From Octopus bimaculoides (taxonomy: Eukaryota), in contig NC_068987.1 in NCBI RefSeq assembly GCF_001194135.2, forward strand, positions 32,450,697-32,514,696: a stretch of DNA of 64,000 bases. Direction: 5' to 3'. Of the stretch, positions 26,175 to 39,170 are shown one piece after another; the stretch's first letter is position 1; the number at the start of each line of letters is the position of its first letter. The notes beneath the pieces were generated by a model. It ran no database searches. It worked only from the letters and a program-made list of their open reading frames with translations, and had not been told where the DNA came from. The position numbers and the translations under genes are program-made.

Positions 26175-26450
26175 CCATCACTTTCTTCATCTTCTTTTTC
26201 ACCTTGTTCACCATCTTCTTCTTTTTCTTCTTCTTTTTCTTCTTCTTCTTTTTCTTCATCATCATGATCATCATGATCATCATGATCATCATGATCATCA
26301 TCATCACCTTCTTCTTCTTCTTCTTCTTCTTCTTCTTCTTCTTCTTCTTCTTCTTCTTCTTCTTCTTCTTCTTCTTCTTCTTCTTCTTCTTCCCATCATT
26401 ATTTTCAGTACTATTAGTATTATTACTACTATTATCACTACTCTTTTTTT
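26030..26450 (+). repeat. Compound (CTT)n/(CAT)n/(CATGAT)n microsatellite
   Basis: Directly visible. It explains the poly-K, -S, -L and -F ORFs. Confidence 0.95.
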
Positions 26451-27045
26451 TTCTTCCTCTCCTGTAGACAGAATATCGATTAGTTTGTGGAAGCATTGCT
26501 GGGAGGTTTACTCGTTGATATTCCAAATACTGTTGGCATTCTTCGCCATCTGTTCTCAAAGAGAATAAAGAACTTGAAATAACTTCTAAAGATATATGAA
26601 AATCCAATATGCATGATTAAGTAATAGTGTTTCTCTGCTTACTTTAATGTATGAATGTATAGGTACACGTATGTGTGTATCTGTGTAAGCATGTATGTAT
26701 GAATATGTATACCTTAACTTGTATATATCTACGCATGTATATATGGAAGTGGGTAGGTGGCTACGTAAGTGTATGTGAATGTCACTGCCTATGTTTAAAT
26801 GCGAGTTGGTTTATTGTATGTGTTTGATTCTTAGGTACGCACACAGAAACCCACATATACGTATGTATGCACGAATACATGTATGTATGGTAGTATTTAT
26901 ATTTATATCAACCTCTCTCAGTCTCTCCCTAAAGGAACTGATCAGGAAAAGAATCTCCGAAAAGTGACTTGAACGTAGTCTGTTTTATATACATAGACGT
27001 TTGGCCTTCTCTACATACCTACACTTGTGTTTAATTATTTATATG

Positions 27046-27076
<31 letters not shown>

Positions 27077-27783
27077 TGTATGTATATATATATANNNNNN
27101 NNNNNNNNNNNNNNNNNNNNNNNNNNNNNNNNNNNNNNNNNNNNNNNNNNNNNNNNNNNNNNNNNNNNNNNNNNNNNNNNNNNNNNNNNNNNNNNNNNNN
27201 NNNNNNNNNNNNNNNNNNNNNNNNNNNNNNNNNNNNNNNNNNNNNNNNNNNNNNNNNNNNNNNNNNNNNNNNNNNNNNNNNNNNNNNNNNNNNNNNNNNN
27301 NNNNNNNNNNNNNNNNNNNNNNNNNNNNNNNNNNNNNNNNNNNNNNNNNNNNNNNNNNNNNNNNNNNNNNNNNNNNNNNNNNNNNNNNNNNNNNNNNNNN
27401 NNNNNNNNNNNNNNNNNNNNNNNNNNNNNNNNNNNNNNNNNNNNNNNNNNNNNNNNNNNNNNNNNNNNNNNNATGTATATATATGTTTCTGTTTATATAT
27501 ATTTGCATGACTATAAATATATGCATGTATGTATGTATATATATATATATATATATGTATATATTTATATATATATTTACACACATAATATTCATATGTG
27601 TAGGTGTATATGCACATATGTGTGCATACGTACATACACAGGAACACACACGAGCTTCTAGGTATAGATATATCTATTCAAAGTGAAAGTGATACTTATA
27701 TACTACATATGTATATACCTAAAAATACATACATTTGTTCGTAAATATATGTGGACATATATAGATAAATATATGTGTGTAAC

Positions 27784-27814
<31 letters not shown>

Positions 27815-28300
27815 ATATATATCTTGTTACTCACACACACACACACATATATAAATGTTGTTCTTCTGTTCTATACTCCTGAGACAAAAGGTAGAACTCT
27901 ACTCTGTTTGATATTAAAGAGGTTGTGCATTGTACACTGAACACAGAACTATATTGCGCGTAGCGCACATAACAATTCCCTTATCAGCGGATGCAAATAA
28001 AGCAATGCAGTTTTCATCTGCTTTAAACTTCGTTTTGCATCAGTCAGAAAATGGATTTAATCCTGAGTAAGGCACCAAAGAGAAGAAAGCAGAGAACATT
28101 TGTGAATATTCTGCCTCATGAACTAAAGAAAGTAATTCTTCCAATCTTATCTATTTTAATCTGTTGTTATCTGATTAAATAACCTCTAACTACTATATAC
28201 AGTATTTACGAAACAAATAGCTATACCGAGACTATGAATGTTTTTCCTGCAATGTCTACCTAACTTGACATTATTCGTAAAAAAATCCAATGGAATATCG

Positions 28301-28475
28301 ATTCCAAATTTTGGCACACGTCCAGCGACATCAGTCCTCAAGAAGTACTTATATTATCGACCCCGAAAAGGGAAAGCCGGCCTCGGTGGAATTTGAACTC
28401 ATAACGTTGGGACGGATAAAATACCGCTAAGCTTTATTAATTTACTCGGGGTGCTAGCGATTCTGCCAGCTTGTC
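28301..28475 (-). mobile_element. SINE family A
   Basis: ttccaaattttggcac...atcgaccccgaaaag...atttgaactca...gctagcgattctgccagctt. Confidence 0.85.
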
Positions 28476-29719
28476 CTCTTAACAATCGAATGAAGTATTA
28501 ATGCAGATGTTTCACAGATGGGTGAGGAAGAAAGAGGTTTATTTCAAAGCGCTACCTCTTCCGCTAATGTAGAATGAAGATTTAACTTTAAAGCTAAGGT
28601 ATAAAGATTACATAAAGAAAAAAATGTGGATTTTGAAAACAAGATTATCCTTAACTCGTCACCCATATATATATNNNNNNNNNNNNNNNNNNNNNNNNNN
28701 NNNNNNNNNNNNNNNNNNNNNNNNNNNNNNNNNNNNNNNNNNNNNNNNNNNNNNNNNNNNNNNNNNNNNNNNNNNNNNNNNNNNNNNNNNNNNNNNNNNN
28801 NNNNNNNNNNNNNNNNNNNNNNNNNNNNNNNNNNNNNNNNNNNNNNNNNNNNNNNNNNNNNNNNNNNNNNNNNNNNNNNNNNNNNNNNNNNNNNNNNNNN
28901 NNNNNNNNNNNNNNNNNNNNNNNNNNNNNNNNNNNNNNNNNNNNNNNNNNNNNNNNNNNNNNNNNNNNNNNNNNNNNNNNNNNNNNNNNNNNNNNNNNNN
29001 NNNNNNNNNNNNNNNNNNNNNNNNNNNNNNNNNNNNNNNNNNNNNNNNNNNNNNNNNNNNNNNNNNNNNNNNNNNNNNNNNNNNNNNNNNNNNNNNNNNN
29101 NNNNNNNNNNNNNNNNNNNNNNNNNNNNNNNNNNNNNNNNNNNNNNNNNNNNNNNNNNNNNNNNNNNNNNNNNNNNNNNNNNNNNNNNNNNNNNNNNNNN
29201 NNNNNNNNNNNNNNNNNNNNNNNNNNNNNNNNNNNNNNNNNNNNNNNNNNNNNNNNNNNNNNNNNNNNNNNNNNNNNNNNNNNNNNNNNNNNNNNNNNNN
29301 NNNNNNNNNNNNNNNNNNNNNNNNNNNNNNNNNNNNNNNNNNNNNNNNNNNNNNNNNNNNNNNNNNNNNNNNNNNNNNNNNNNNNNNNNNNNNNNNNNNN
29401 NNNNNNNNNNNNNNNNNNNNNNNNNNNNNNNNNNNNNNNNNNNNNNNNNNNNNNNNNNNNNNNNNNNNNNNNNNNNNNNNNNNNNNNNNNNNNNNNNNNN
29501 NNNNNNNNNNNNNNNNNNNNNNNNNNNNNNNNNNNNNNNNNNNNNNNNNNNNNNNNNNNNNNNNNNNNNNNNNNNNNNNNNNNNNNNNNNNNNNNNNNNN
29601 NNNNNNNNNNNNNNNNNNNNNNNNNNNNNNNNNNNTATATATATATAATACAGATAATATATGAACATATGCATGTATACATACATATATGTACATACCT
29701 ACATCTACATGTGTATATA

Positions 29720-29900
29720 GATGCATATCCGGGTACAGGACGTCAAAAAACGTGGACAAAAAAGGAACACGAATATAACCAAAGCACAAAAAGCGGACTT
29801 TTTTTTTACGGACAACAGAATGAACACATAGGAAAACAGACAAGCCCCTTATGGAACTTTTCCTTCATCAGCTGCCTCTATTACCAGAAGCTTAAAGTTG
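29720..29900 (-). mobile_element. Probable Penelope-type terminal-repeat fragment
   Basis: Minus strand has GCAG-CTGATGA-AGGA followed by a T-rich tail ending gacgtcctgtacccgg. The family assignment is inferred only. Confidence 0.35.
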
Positions 29901-29954
29901 ATGAACAAGAGTATGTTTGAGAATGAAAGCAGAGACAAAATCAAAGATAGAGTA

Positions 29955-30438
29955 GGCCGGTCGGCCTCTGCATCAAATCTTGCCAAAAGCTTGGCGATGC
30001 CTACTCAGAGGCCTACGCAAATTTTTCAAAAAGTTTTCATCTTTGTCGACACAATCAAGGAGATCTTGTGCAACTGAAACCCTAGTGTCTTCTTGGTCAG
30101 CTGAAAGCAGTTTTGGCACAAACTTGGCAGACACACCTCTTATACCCAAATCTTCAGTGATAATGGACTCATACACTCCTCTCCATACACTTTCTGCAAC
30201 ATTGCGTAGGCCTCTGAGCAAGTATTGCCATGACAACGTTCTCTGTCATGGTCATTGTGACGATCACACACTACACACTTCCCTTCCAAGGACTGCTATA
30301 AAAGGCAGAAGTGAGCTACAACGTTAAAACTTAGTGCGCATGCGCAGATCAAGGCCAATCTGTGCTAAGCAGATTCACTCTGCATGCTTTAGCTTCGTTA
30401 CTATGACAACAGTCCGGATAATTATTGATCAAACTTCG
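29955..30438 (-). mobile_element. Non-autonomous mariner derivative with a 5' TIR and an inverted duplicate of the transposase N-terminus
   Basis: TA-CGAAGTTTGATCAATAATTATCCGGACTG TIR at 30438. Minus frames read GNTCSEAYAMLQKVYGEECMS and LGIRGVSAKFVPKLLSADQ; the plus strand at 29965-30020 reads CIKSCQKLGDAYSEAYA. Confidence 0.85.
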
Positions 30439-30619
30439 TAGAGCCCTTAGGAAAAATACATCAGGAAAATGTAGGCAGTGACTACACAACAATGCCAAAT
30501 AACATAATAAGCACTGGAACTGTAAAATGCGAAGACAGACGTAACATGTCCAGCAAAAATAAAGTAAGAAATATGCACCAAACCAGAATACCATAGGCAA
30601 AAATATGAACGGGGGTGGG

Positions 30620-30965
30620 AATGTCAAACAAATCTAAAACCTGCAAAAAGCGAAGGCGAAATTCATGATTATGATACTCTAAAAATGAGTATAGTCAAAG
30701 AATTAAAAGCCCCAGATCTCAGTATGGATCACCGATTGTACCTCCCAAAAATTAAATTGATAATAAAACAGCAATAATGATTAACATGAACCTGGCCACC
30801 ACATAACTAATAGCTATAGAAACAAATGGCAATATGATCAGGCTAAATGATGTAATATATGCAGCAGCCTATGTGGTCACGAAAGAAGCTGGATATCCCC
30901 TCAGACCCATTGAAACAGGAGTATCACCACCCAAATAAACCCCGTGGATAAATAATATCCAGATC
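30620..30965 (+). mobile_element. R4/Dong-like ORF N-terminal fragment, decayed
   Basis: MDHRLYLPKIK..ETNGNMIRLNDVIYAAAYVVTKEAG..PPK*TPWINNI resembles the LPKL..NxLIYAAAxVV..PPW region of R4-clade ORFs. Confidence 0.55.
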
Positions 30966-30974
30966 AACTCTCTC

Positions 30975-31804
30975 TGAAACCAGTGTTTGCCCACAGTTTC
31001 CAGCAGCTTCAAATAGCCGTCTGAACTGAGTTTGAATATTTGGGGTGCATGACATCACCCGGACTGGAAACACACCCAAAGACCAGCACAGTTTTGGGTA
31101 ACATGGTTTTCATGATACGTGGGGTATCACATGGATTGTAGGCAATCCATCTGTTCTGTGTGTTTTGAAACTATCAGAAGTTCTTTTTTTTTTTATCTCA
31201 GAAGAACCAGATCATCTTTGTCTCAACAGTGTTTCTCAGTTTGTTCAGAACCTTCTTTGCCTTTATCAAAGTATACTTTTTGACCTTGGCTGTCAAAATG
31301 TGTCCCTTGTGCCTTTTTAAGGAGTAATTGGAAAGGTTTTATTTCAGGGCTAGCTTCTTCATAATGGCAGCTCCAACACCTACCTCTCTCGCTAAAGTTC
31401 GAATTCCCTAGCTCGGCTCCTCCATCATTTAGCCTTGCAGTTGTTGGCCGGAGCTCCGGCAGGCGGATGCAGACAGAACGCCTGCAGTGTCCCATCTTGC
31501 TGGCCACAGCTTCGTAGCCTCAGTTGCAACTGTTCAAGTCACGTCTACGGCCTTTTCAGTGTTCAGAAAGCATTGAGCAGCAGTCATGATGACAACATTT
31601 TGATGCCCGGCGCGAATCATCATGATAAAGTTAACTATTTTCCAATATCCAAATGGCTTCCCGTCCTCCATGTCAGCTAACATTTTCTTAATTGCAACCT
31701 TTACACTTTATGCCCTCTGATACCGTTGACTGATTATCAATGCATCAAACTATTCCCGAAGAAAGGAGTCATAAGACGTCGTCAAATTTAGTCCGAACAC
31801 TCTG
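30975..31804 (-). mobile_element. Tc1/mariner (maT/DD37D-like) transposon, 5' TIR and decayed transposase, 3'-truncated
   Basis: TA-CAGAGTGTTCGGACTAAATTTGACG terminus. Frames read GIRTLAREVGVG, KAKKVLNKLR..KMIWFF*D and MKTMLPKTVLVFGCVSSPGDVM..LSSDGYLKLLETV. Confidence 0.85.
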
Positions 31805-32639
31805 TATATGTGTGAGTGTTTGACTTTGTGTGTGCAAATGTGTGTGTGTGTGTGTAGTGTGCATGTGAGATTTTAAGCATTAGCAAACACGTTGTAAAAA
31901 GTAAAACTGTAAACAAAGTGAAAAATAATAAACATATATGAATCAAATTGTAGAAATAAAGATAACAAAACGTTAAATCGCTTTTCTGTTTTCTTATAAA
32001 TTAACGCTGATATTTCGTAAAGAGAAATAAACTTAAGAAATGGATTTAGGCGTCGTTTTAATAACATAATAATGGTAGCCATTCACCTGGTCGTTTTTGT
32101 TTCGTAATGTAAAATTTGAGCAACTGTAAATAAAATGAAACACACATAAAATTGGAGTTATTTAAGAGCGACCAGAACAATGGTAATTATACACCATAAA
32201 CAGCGATAAACATATTCACCTACGCATAAAGTCACAACCATAGAGATACACATAAAGACTCAAACATTTACGGATGCATATACAGAAACAAACGTGCATA
32301 TATACATACATTCACGCACATTCAAGTACGAATACATATCCGCTTACATCATACATACAGACGTAAATACATACATATATACGTATTTGGGCGCCTATAT
32401 TGCTTCATATACTCATTTATTGATAAATACGCAAATATATGCAGATGTAAACACACAGGTGTAGACTTACGCATATTTAAAGAGAAATATATTTAAGCAA
32501 AAAACTATCTGCATGTATATGTAAACACACATACAGAAATACGTTTTGATACGCACGTCTATATATATATATACATGTGTGTATGTAATTGTATAAGTAC
32601 GTTTGAATGCATATACATGTGCATGTATATGTATGTTGT

Positions 32640-32643
32640 GAGG

Positions 32644-32715
<72 letters not shown>
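32640..32715 (+). repeat. (GA)n microsatellite (others at 33415-33497 and, as (CT)n, 38641-38732)
   Basis: Directly visible. Confidence 0.95.
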
Positions 32716-32716
<1 letters not shown>

Positions 32717-33362
32717 GTAAAGTGAGCATAGTGGAAAATATATTTTGTTGAAGAATTACTAATGAGAAAAATTTTGCTGAGTTAAAAACTATGCTTACCA
32801 GTCAAACAATCTCTAAAAATGGCTACAATATAAAAAATAATATAGACGTACTTAATATTTACGTTTTATAACACTGCCACAAGAATACAAGTACTGGGGG
32901 AGACAATCAGGTGGTATATTGTTGTGTGGTTAGGTAATATATTTTGCTACCAGGTAGTTCCAAGTTCGATATAACACTCAGAAACTTTCGTAAATGTCTT
33001 GTACTGTAATGCCAACTAACCAATACCTTGTAAGAGGATATATGAATACTTAAATAAATACATAATTCGTTGGTAAGTCCAAAGCGTTGCTTTTACAGAA
33101 AACGAAAAAATAGTTTCACCATTCCATAGCAAAACCGTTGTACTACACTTTGACAATTTTTGATATCTGGGCATCTGAAGCAGCTGGAGGTACGATAGTT
33201 TGAGCAAAAGAACCGACTATTTTAAACAAAAATAAATTTTGAAAAAGAACCCATTTGACCAAATTTGGACATACGACATTTTAACATAACAACGATATGT
33301 ATTTATGTATATAAATTTACATACACACATACAGAGAGAGAGGTGGAGAGAGAGACAGAGGG

Positions 33363-33405
<43 letters not shown>

Positions 33406-33435
33406 CATATATATACAGAGAGAGAGAGAGAGAGA

Positions 33436-33500
<65 letters not shown>

Positions 33501-33937
33501 TTATGAAGAGTGATTCAGGGAATCCATGCGAGTACTTTAGTCAGCAATCCAAGCGAAATCCTAGTTAACTTGAGATACAAAGAAAGAAATCCTTCAGTTA
33601 ATCCAATAATGTTTATATAAACTGAAAATTCGGGAAATATATTGATAATGAGAACAGTTAATCCATTGTCGAATATAAAGTTCTCACTGCAGTGACTCAC
33701 AGACAGGCTGTCATCAAAGTCTGCTTGTTCTGTAACCATTCTATTGGTCTCTGCTACTCGAAGTGGACTGGTCCAGCATAACTAGTTCCACTAGTTTCCC
33801 TTCGTTTCGTTACTCATATTGAACTCATTCCAAGTCACTGCCGTAAATACTATATCTAATCCTTCCTACCCAGATCATCAAGCCTAGAGAAATACACTCT
33901 CACTCATGATTTTCTACTAATATTAATTAGCTGTAAT

Positions 33938-34150
33938 AAGGCAGCGAGTTGGCAAAATCATTAGCATTCCGGGCAAAATGTTTAGCGGCATTTCCTTCGT
34001 CATTAAATTCTGAGTTCAAATTCTGCTGAGTCGATTTTGCCCTTCATCCTTTCGGGGTTGGTAAAATTAGTAGCAGTTGAGCACTGAACTCGATGTAATC
34101 GACTTATTCCTTATCCTGAAATCACTGGCCTTGTGACAAAATTTGAAATC
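33938..34150 (+). mobile_element. SINE family A, full length
   Basis: aaggcagcgagttggcaaaatcattagc...ctgagttcaaattc...gcccttcatcctttcgggg...ggccttgtgacaaaatttgaaatc. Confidence 0.92.
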
Positions 34151-34200
34151 AAAGACACAGTATTTCGTTTTGCAACCATAATATACTACATAATATATAG

Positions 34201-34619
34201 ACGTAGGAGTGGCTGTGTGGTAAGCAGATACTTACCAACCACATGGTTCGGGTGCATTCCCACTGCGTGGCAACTTGGTCAAGTGTACATCTACTATAGC
34301 CTCGGGCCGACCAAAGCCTTGTGAGTGGATTTGGTAGACTGAAACTGAAAGAAGCCCGTCGTATATACGTATATATATGTATATGTATGTGTGTGTATAT
34401 GTTTGTGTCTGTGTTTGTCACCCCAACATCGCTTGACAACCGATGCTGGTGTGTTTACGGCCCCGTAACTTAGCGGTTCGGCTAAAGAGTCCGATAAAAT
34501 AAGTACTAGGCTTCCAAAGAATAAATCCTGGTGTCGATTTGCTCGACTAAAGGCGGTGCTCCAGCATGGCCGCAGTCAAATGACTGAAACAAGTAAAAGA
34601 GTAAAGATTAAAAGAGTAC
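34201..34619 (+). mobile_element. Composite CORE-type SINE, family B, full length
   Basis: ggagtggctgtgtggtaag head, CORE-like caacttggtcaagtgtacatctactatagcc, and 3' end ggcggtgctccagcatggccgcagtcaaatgactgaaacaagtaaaagagtaaag. Confidence 0.94.
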
Positions 34620-34949
34620 CAAGTATACTAAAGCTTGAAAAGTCGACATTGTACCTTAGTTTGGTGTTAGCAGTGCGATGTTCTCATTTTAAAGCTTATC
34701 TCTACAGATTTTCTAAAGAATTCAGAGTTAGCACTGAAAGTTACGACTTTCTGCTACCGTCAACTTTTATGACAATCAGTTTTATAAAGCACGCTAGCTT
34801 CCAAAGGTCCGCGTTGGAAATTCTTTTTTCCAGACCAGCCTAAAACAAATTTACAAAGCACCGTAGCTAGAATGGTTTAAGTGAGCTAACGAACAAAATA
34901 GTCGTGTATTCATGATTGTATAGTAAGAAGTTTACTTCCTAATATGGTC

Positions 34950-35165
34950 CTAGTTTCAGTCCCACTGGGCAAGTCTCTTTTACTATCGTCCTGGGTCGAC
35001 CCAAATTTTGTGAGTGGATGTTGTAGAGGAAACAGAAGGAAGCCGTCGTGTACACACACATACACACGCACACACATATGTATAAATATATATATGAATT
35101 ATGTGTATATGCACCCATGTGTGTGTGCCTTTGTCGAAGTCCAGAGGGTGAAACAAGTAAAAAGA
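34950..35165 (+). mobile_element. Partial, diverged SINE family B
   Basis: cagtcccactgggcaagtctctttactatc..ttgtgagtggat..gaaac..agccgtcg, then a remnant tail gtgaaacaagtaaaag. Confidence 0.6.
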
Positions 35166-35289
35166 TATAATACATGTGCACACACGGATATAGCAAACAT
35201 GTACATAAAATTCTACTTGTAAATTTCTACACATGTATGAAAATACACATTGATTATCCATGAGAAAATGATTTCCCAATTATTATAAC

Positions 35290-35564
35290 CAGTGCCGGTT
35301 TTAAGCCAAGACAGATTTGTTCAAACCGGACCTCGCGACAAACCCTGAGCACACACACTAGTGGAGGCCGCTGTGAAGAATTTTTAGTATATCATTGTAG
35401 TTAATGGTGGAGCCTTAAACCCTCAACGCTTTCTGACTAGGACTGGCATACTACGTGAAATATAAAACATCAATCTTCAGCATTTGTAGAGTAGAGGGCC
35501 TCACTCACAATTCCCTGATCGGGCACCGCACTTTCTAGCACCGCACTTTCTAGCACCGCCCCTG
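35290..35564. mobile_element. Possible hAT-like MITE
   Basis: Imperfect TIRs CAGTGCCGG and CCGCCCCTG; the flanking 8-mers attataac and atcatgaa match 5/8. An internal 15-bp unit (gcaccgcactttcta) is repeated twice. Confidence 0.4.
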
Positions 35565-35846
35565 ATCATGAATTACTATCGTAATATACTTGAGAATAAA
35601 GTGTAGCACTAATGTAAAAACCATTTGCGATCAAAGGGTAGCTGGATCAAGTCTGACTGGGGTGTAAAACAACAAAAGCAAGTAAACACGTCATATCAAA
35701 TGACTCGATATATGGTATGTATATATCTATTTCCCGAGATTTGTGCATATATATATATATGCATATATGTGCACACACACATATATGTATATATATACAT
35801 ATATATATATACGCATGTGTACACTTATACATACATGCATACAAAT

Positions 35847-35879
<33 letters not shown>

Positions 35880-35910
35880 GATACATATGTATATACATAC
35901 AAACATACAT

Positions 35911-35953
<43 letters not shown>

Positions 35954-36471
35954 NNNNNNNNNNNNNNNNNNNNNNNNNNNNNNNNNNNNNNNNNNNNNNN
36001 NNNNNNNNNNNNNNNNNNNNNNNNNNNNNNNNNNNNNNNNNNNNNNNNNNNNNNNNNNNNNNNNNNNNNNNNNNNNNNNNNNNNNNNNNNNNNNNNNNNN
36101 NNNNNNNNNNNNNNNNNNNNNNNNNNNNNNNNNNNNNNNNNNNNNNNNNNNNNNNNNNNNNNNNNNNNNNNNNNNNNNNNNNNNNNNNNNNNNNNNNNNN
36201 NNNNNNNNNNNNNNNNNNNNNNNNNNNNNNNNNNNNNNNNNNNNNNNNNNNNNNNNNNNNNNNNNNNNNNNNNNNNNNNNNNNNNNNNNNNNNNNNNNNN
36301 NNNNNNNNNNNNNNNNNNNNNNNNNNNNNNNNNNNNNNNNNNNNNNNNNNNNNNNNNNNNNNNNNNNNNNNNNNNNNNNNNNNNNNNNNNNNNNNNNNNN
36401 NNNNNNNNNNNNNNNNNNNNNNNNNNNNNNNNNNNNNNNNNNNNNNNNNNNNNNNNNNNNNNNNNNNNNNN

Positions 36472-36508
<37 letters not shown>

Positions 36509-36791
36509 CACACATACATACACACATATACACACATACATAGACACATACATATATACATAGATGCACACATACATATATCCATCCACTCATCCATCCA
36601 TCCATACATACCTGCATACACAGGTGAAGATATTTGTACTGTTGACGTTAGTTCGTAGGAAGAAATATTTTCATTTTTAAAATCTAAAAAACAATGTTTT
36701 TTTGCCGAATATTGGAGACTTTACTGACAGACATACATTACACTTATATCTACAAATCCTACATACTTATGCCATATGTACACACCGAAAA

Positions 36792-36838
<47 letters not shown>

Positions 36839-36897
36839 GCATACGCACACATATATAGACATACATACATACATATATACATTCACATACGTGCAGA

Positions 36898-36941
<44 letters not shown>

Positions 36942-36990
36942 AATATACACGTAGACATATATATGTATATATATGTGTATATATGTATAC

Positions 36991-37031
<41 letters not shown>

Positions 37032-37337
37032 GTATGATCATGTTTATATATGTTTATGTATGTGTGAGTATTTGTGTGTGTCAATGTGCACGTGCGCCTC
37101 CGCGTGTGTGTAGGTATATATGGAGGATCAAAAGAGGAGAATTAAGAGAAAGAGAATAAGAGACTGAAGTTAGAAGAGGACTGAGACTTGGGAAGAAACA
37201 AAAGACAAGAGAGGGTGAGTGTGCATGTGTATGCTTGTACGTGTCTGAGTGCGTGTTTGTGTTGCATTGTGTCTGTCTGTGTGCGTTTCTGTTTGTGTGT
37301 GTGTGTGAGCTTGTGCGTGTGCGCGTGTGTGTGTTTG

Positions 37338-37379
<42 letters not shown>

Positions 37380-38638
37380 TGAGTGAGCGGGAATATAGAA
37401 GCCAATGAANNNNNNNNNNTGTGTGAGTGAGTGAGCGGGAATATAGAAGCCAATGAAAGTAACAAAAAATATAAAAATCACGAAAAACGGAATTTTGCTT
37501 TTCCTGACAAATTTTTTCAGTTTAATTGTTCTCAGGTGTTTTAAGCAGAAGCTATGATGTCCTTACTTAAGCATCCATGCGCATACATATATATACTTAC
37601 ATTCATATACATATACACCTACAAACGTACCTATTCATATGTACACTCACTCATTCATAGACATTGACAGATTTCAAGAAACACGCACACACTTTTGTAC
37701 AAATAGATATATGTACAGCCACACAGAAAAAGATATGCAACGTAGCGCACGTAAAGGTATTTACGATGTCTTTTTTTGTTGTGATACAACACACATGTAT
37801 ACACACAAACACATACACAATAACCAAATAAAAATATATACATATAAAAATATGTACAAACATGTTTACATATTTGGGAATCTATTACACTTTAAGCACA
37901 CATATATAGACACAAACACGCATGTAAGCGCTATTTGAATAAAAACTACTCACATAATCATACACTTTCTATATCTCTCTTTCTATCTGTCTGTGCCTCT
38001 CTTCCATGTAAATATACAAATACACGCAAATCTAAGCACAAGTAATGCACACCCACGTTTATGAAGAACTAATAGCGCAAAATCTATAAAAGAATAAGAG
38101 ACACAATGAATATTACTAATACAAGTGAGTTCTATGCTGCATTACTACTAACCCGAATGAAATCCATAATGGAGTTGTGCTAAGATATCAATGTTGTACA
38201 ATGGGGTATTATATTGCTAACACAGATACAATACATACAGGAATACTGCTAATATACAAATGTCTCACAATGAACTAATATGAATTCAAGACCCAAAGCA
38301 GTGAGCTGATTGGCTGACTGTCACTCACAATCATACAAAAACCATGTACCGTATGTGATTTGTTTCCTCAGTCTGCCGGTCAAAACGCTACCCCAGTGTC
38401 GTCTGCCCAACCGAACAAAATATTTGTATTCCACTACAATCAAATCAATCGTACACAGTCTCATGAGCAGACCTTCACAGTTATTGCTTTATCAAACTAC
38501 CCTATGACACCAACGTGCAGAAGCGATATCTCGTCCTTGTCTTCTAACAATGTAACAAATATTTATTAACATAAAGTGTAACGATTGCGTGGGTCATTAG
38601 GTCATTGTTCACTTAGTAAGCCATGAATTACTCACACA

Positions 38639-38755
<117 letters not shown>

Positions 38756-38779
38756 GCATATACACAGACGCATCGTATT

Positions 38780-39170
38780 GATGACACTGCCGCAGATGTC
38801 ATCTCGATTAAGCGCGTTCACCCATCGGATGCCGCCGCAAGCATTACTTTTTTCTGACATTTTCTTAGCGTTTTCTTGGCAAAGACATTGGGTTGGTTTG
38901 TCAACGGCTTCCTTGACTGAATACTCTTGAGCCCACAAGGAGGTCATCCGTCCTTCGATAGATCTTGTCTTTAGTCCTGCTGTACGGCCAGATACTCTTC
39001 TCAGAAGAGTATCAAGCTACGCAAGTGGGTGACCCGACTTAGTCACCGATCAATCCCCCATGGAACAGGCAGTACTGGTTTACATGGTATCTGTAGCTGG
39101 TGTCATCAGGCTGTGATGAAATCCCTAACCTGACTAGAAAGCGAAACCTACAATAAACAGCGAACGCAGA
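38780..39170 (-). mobile_element. Decayed LINE (RTE-like) C-terminal fragment
   Basis: GC-richer block; broken frames read SYRYHVNQ and TLLRRVSG..LKTRSIEGRM. Weak. Confidence 0.3.

Noticed and set aside
25954-26607. Poly-Lys, -Ser, -Leu and -Phe ORFs (likewise 39961-40403 and 44912-45614)
   Set aside because: (CTT)n, (CAT)n and (ATT)n read-through.
37370-37460. Direct repeat gtgtgagtgagtgagcgggaatatagaagccaatgaa
   Set aside because: It flanks a 10-N gap, so it is most likely a contig-overlap artefact.
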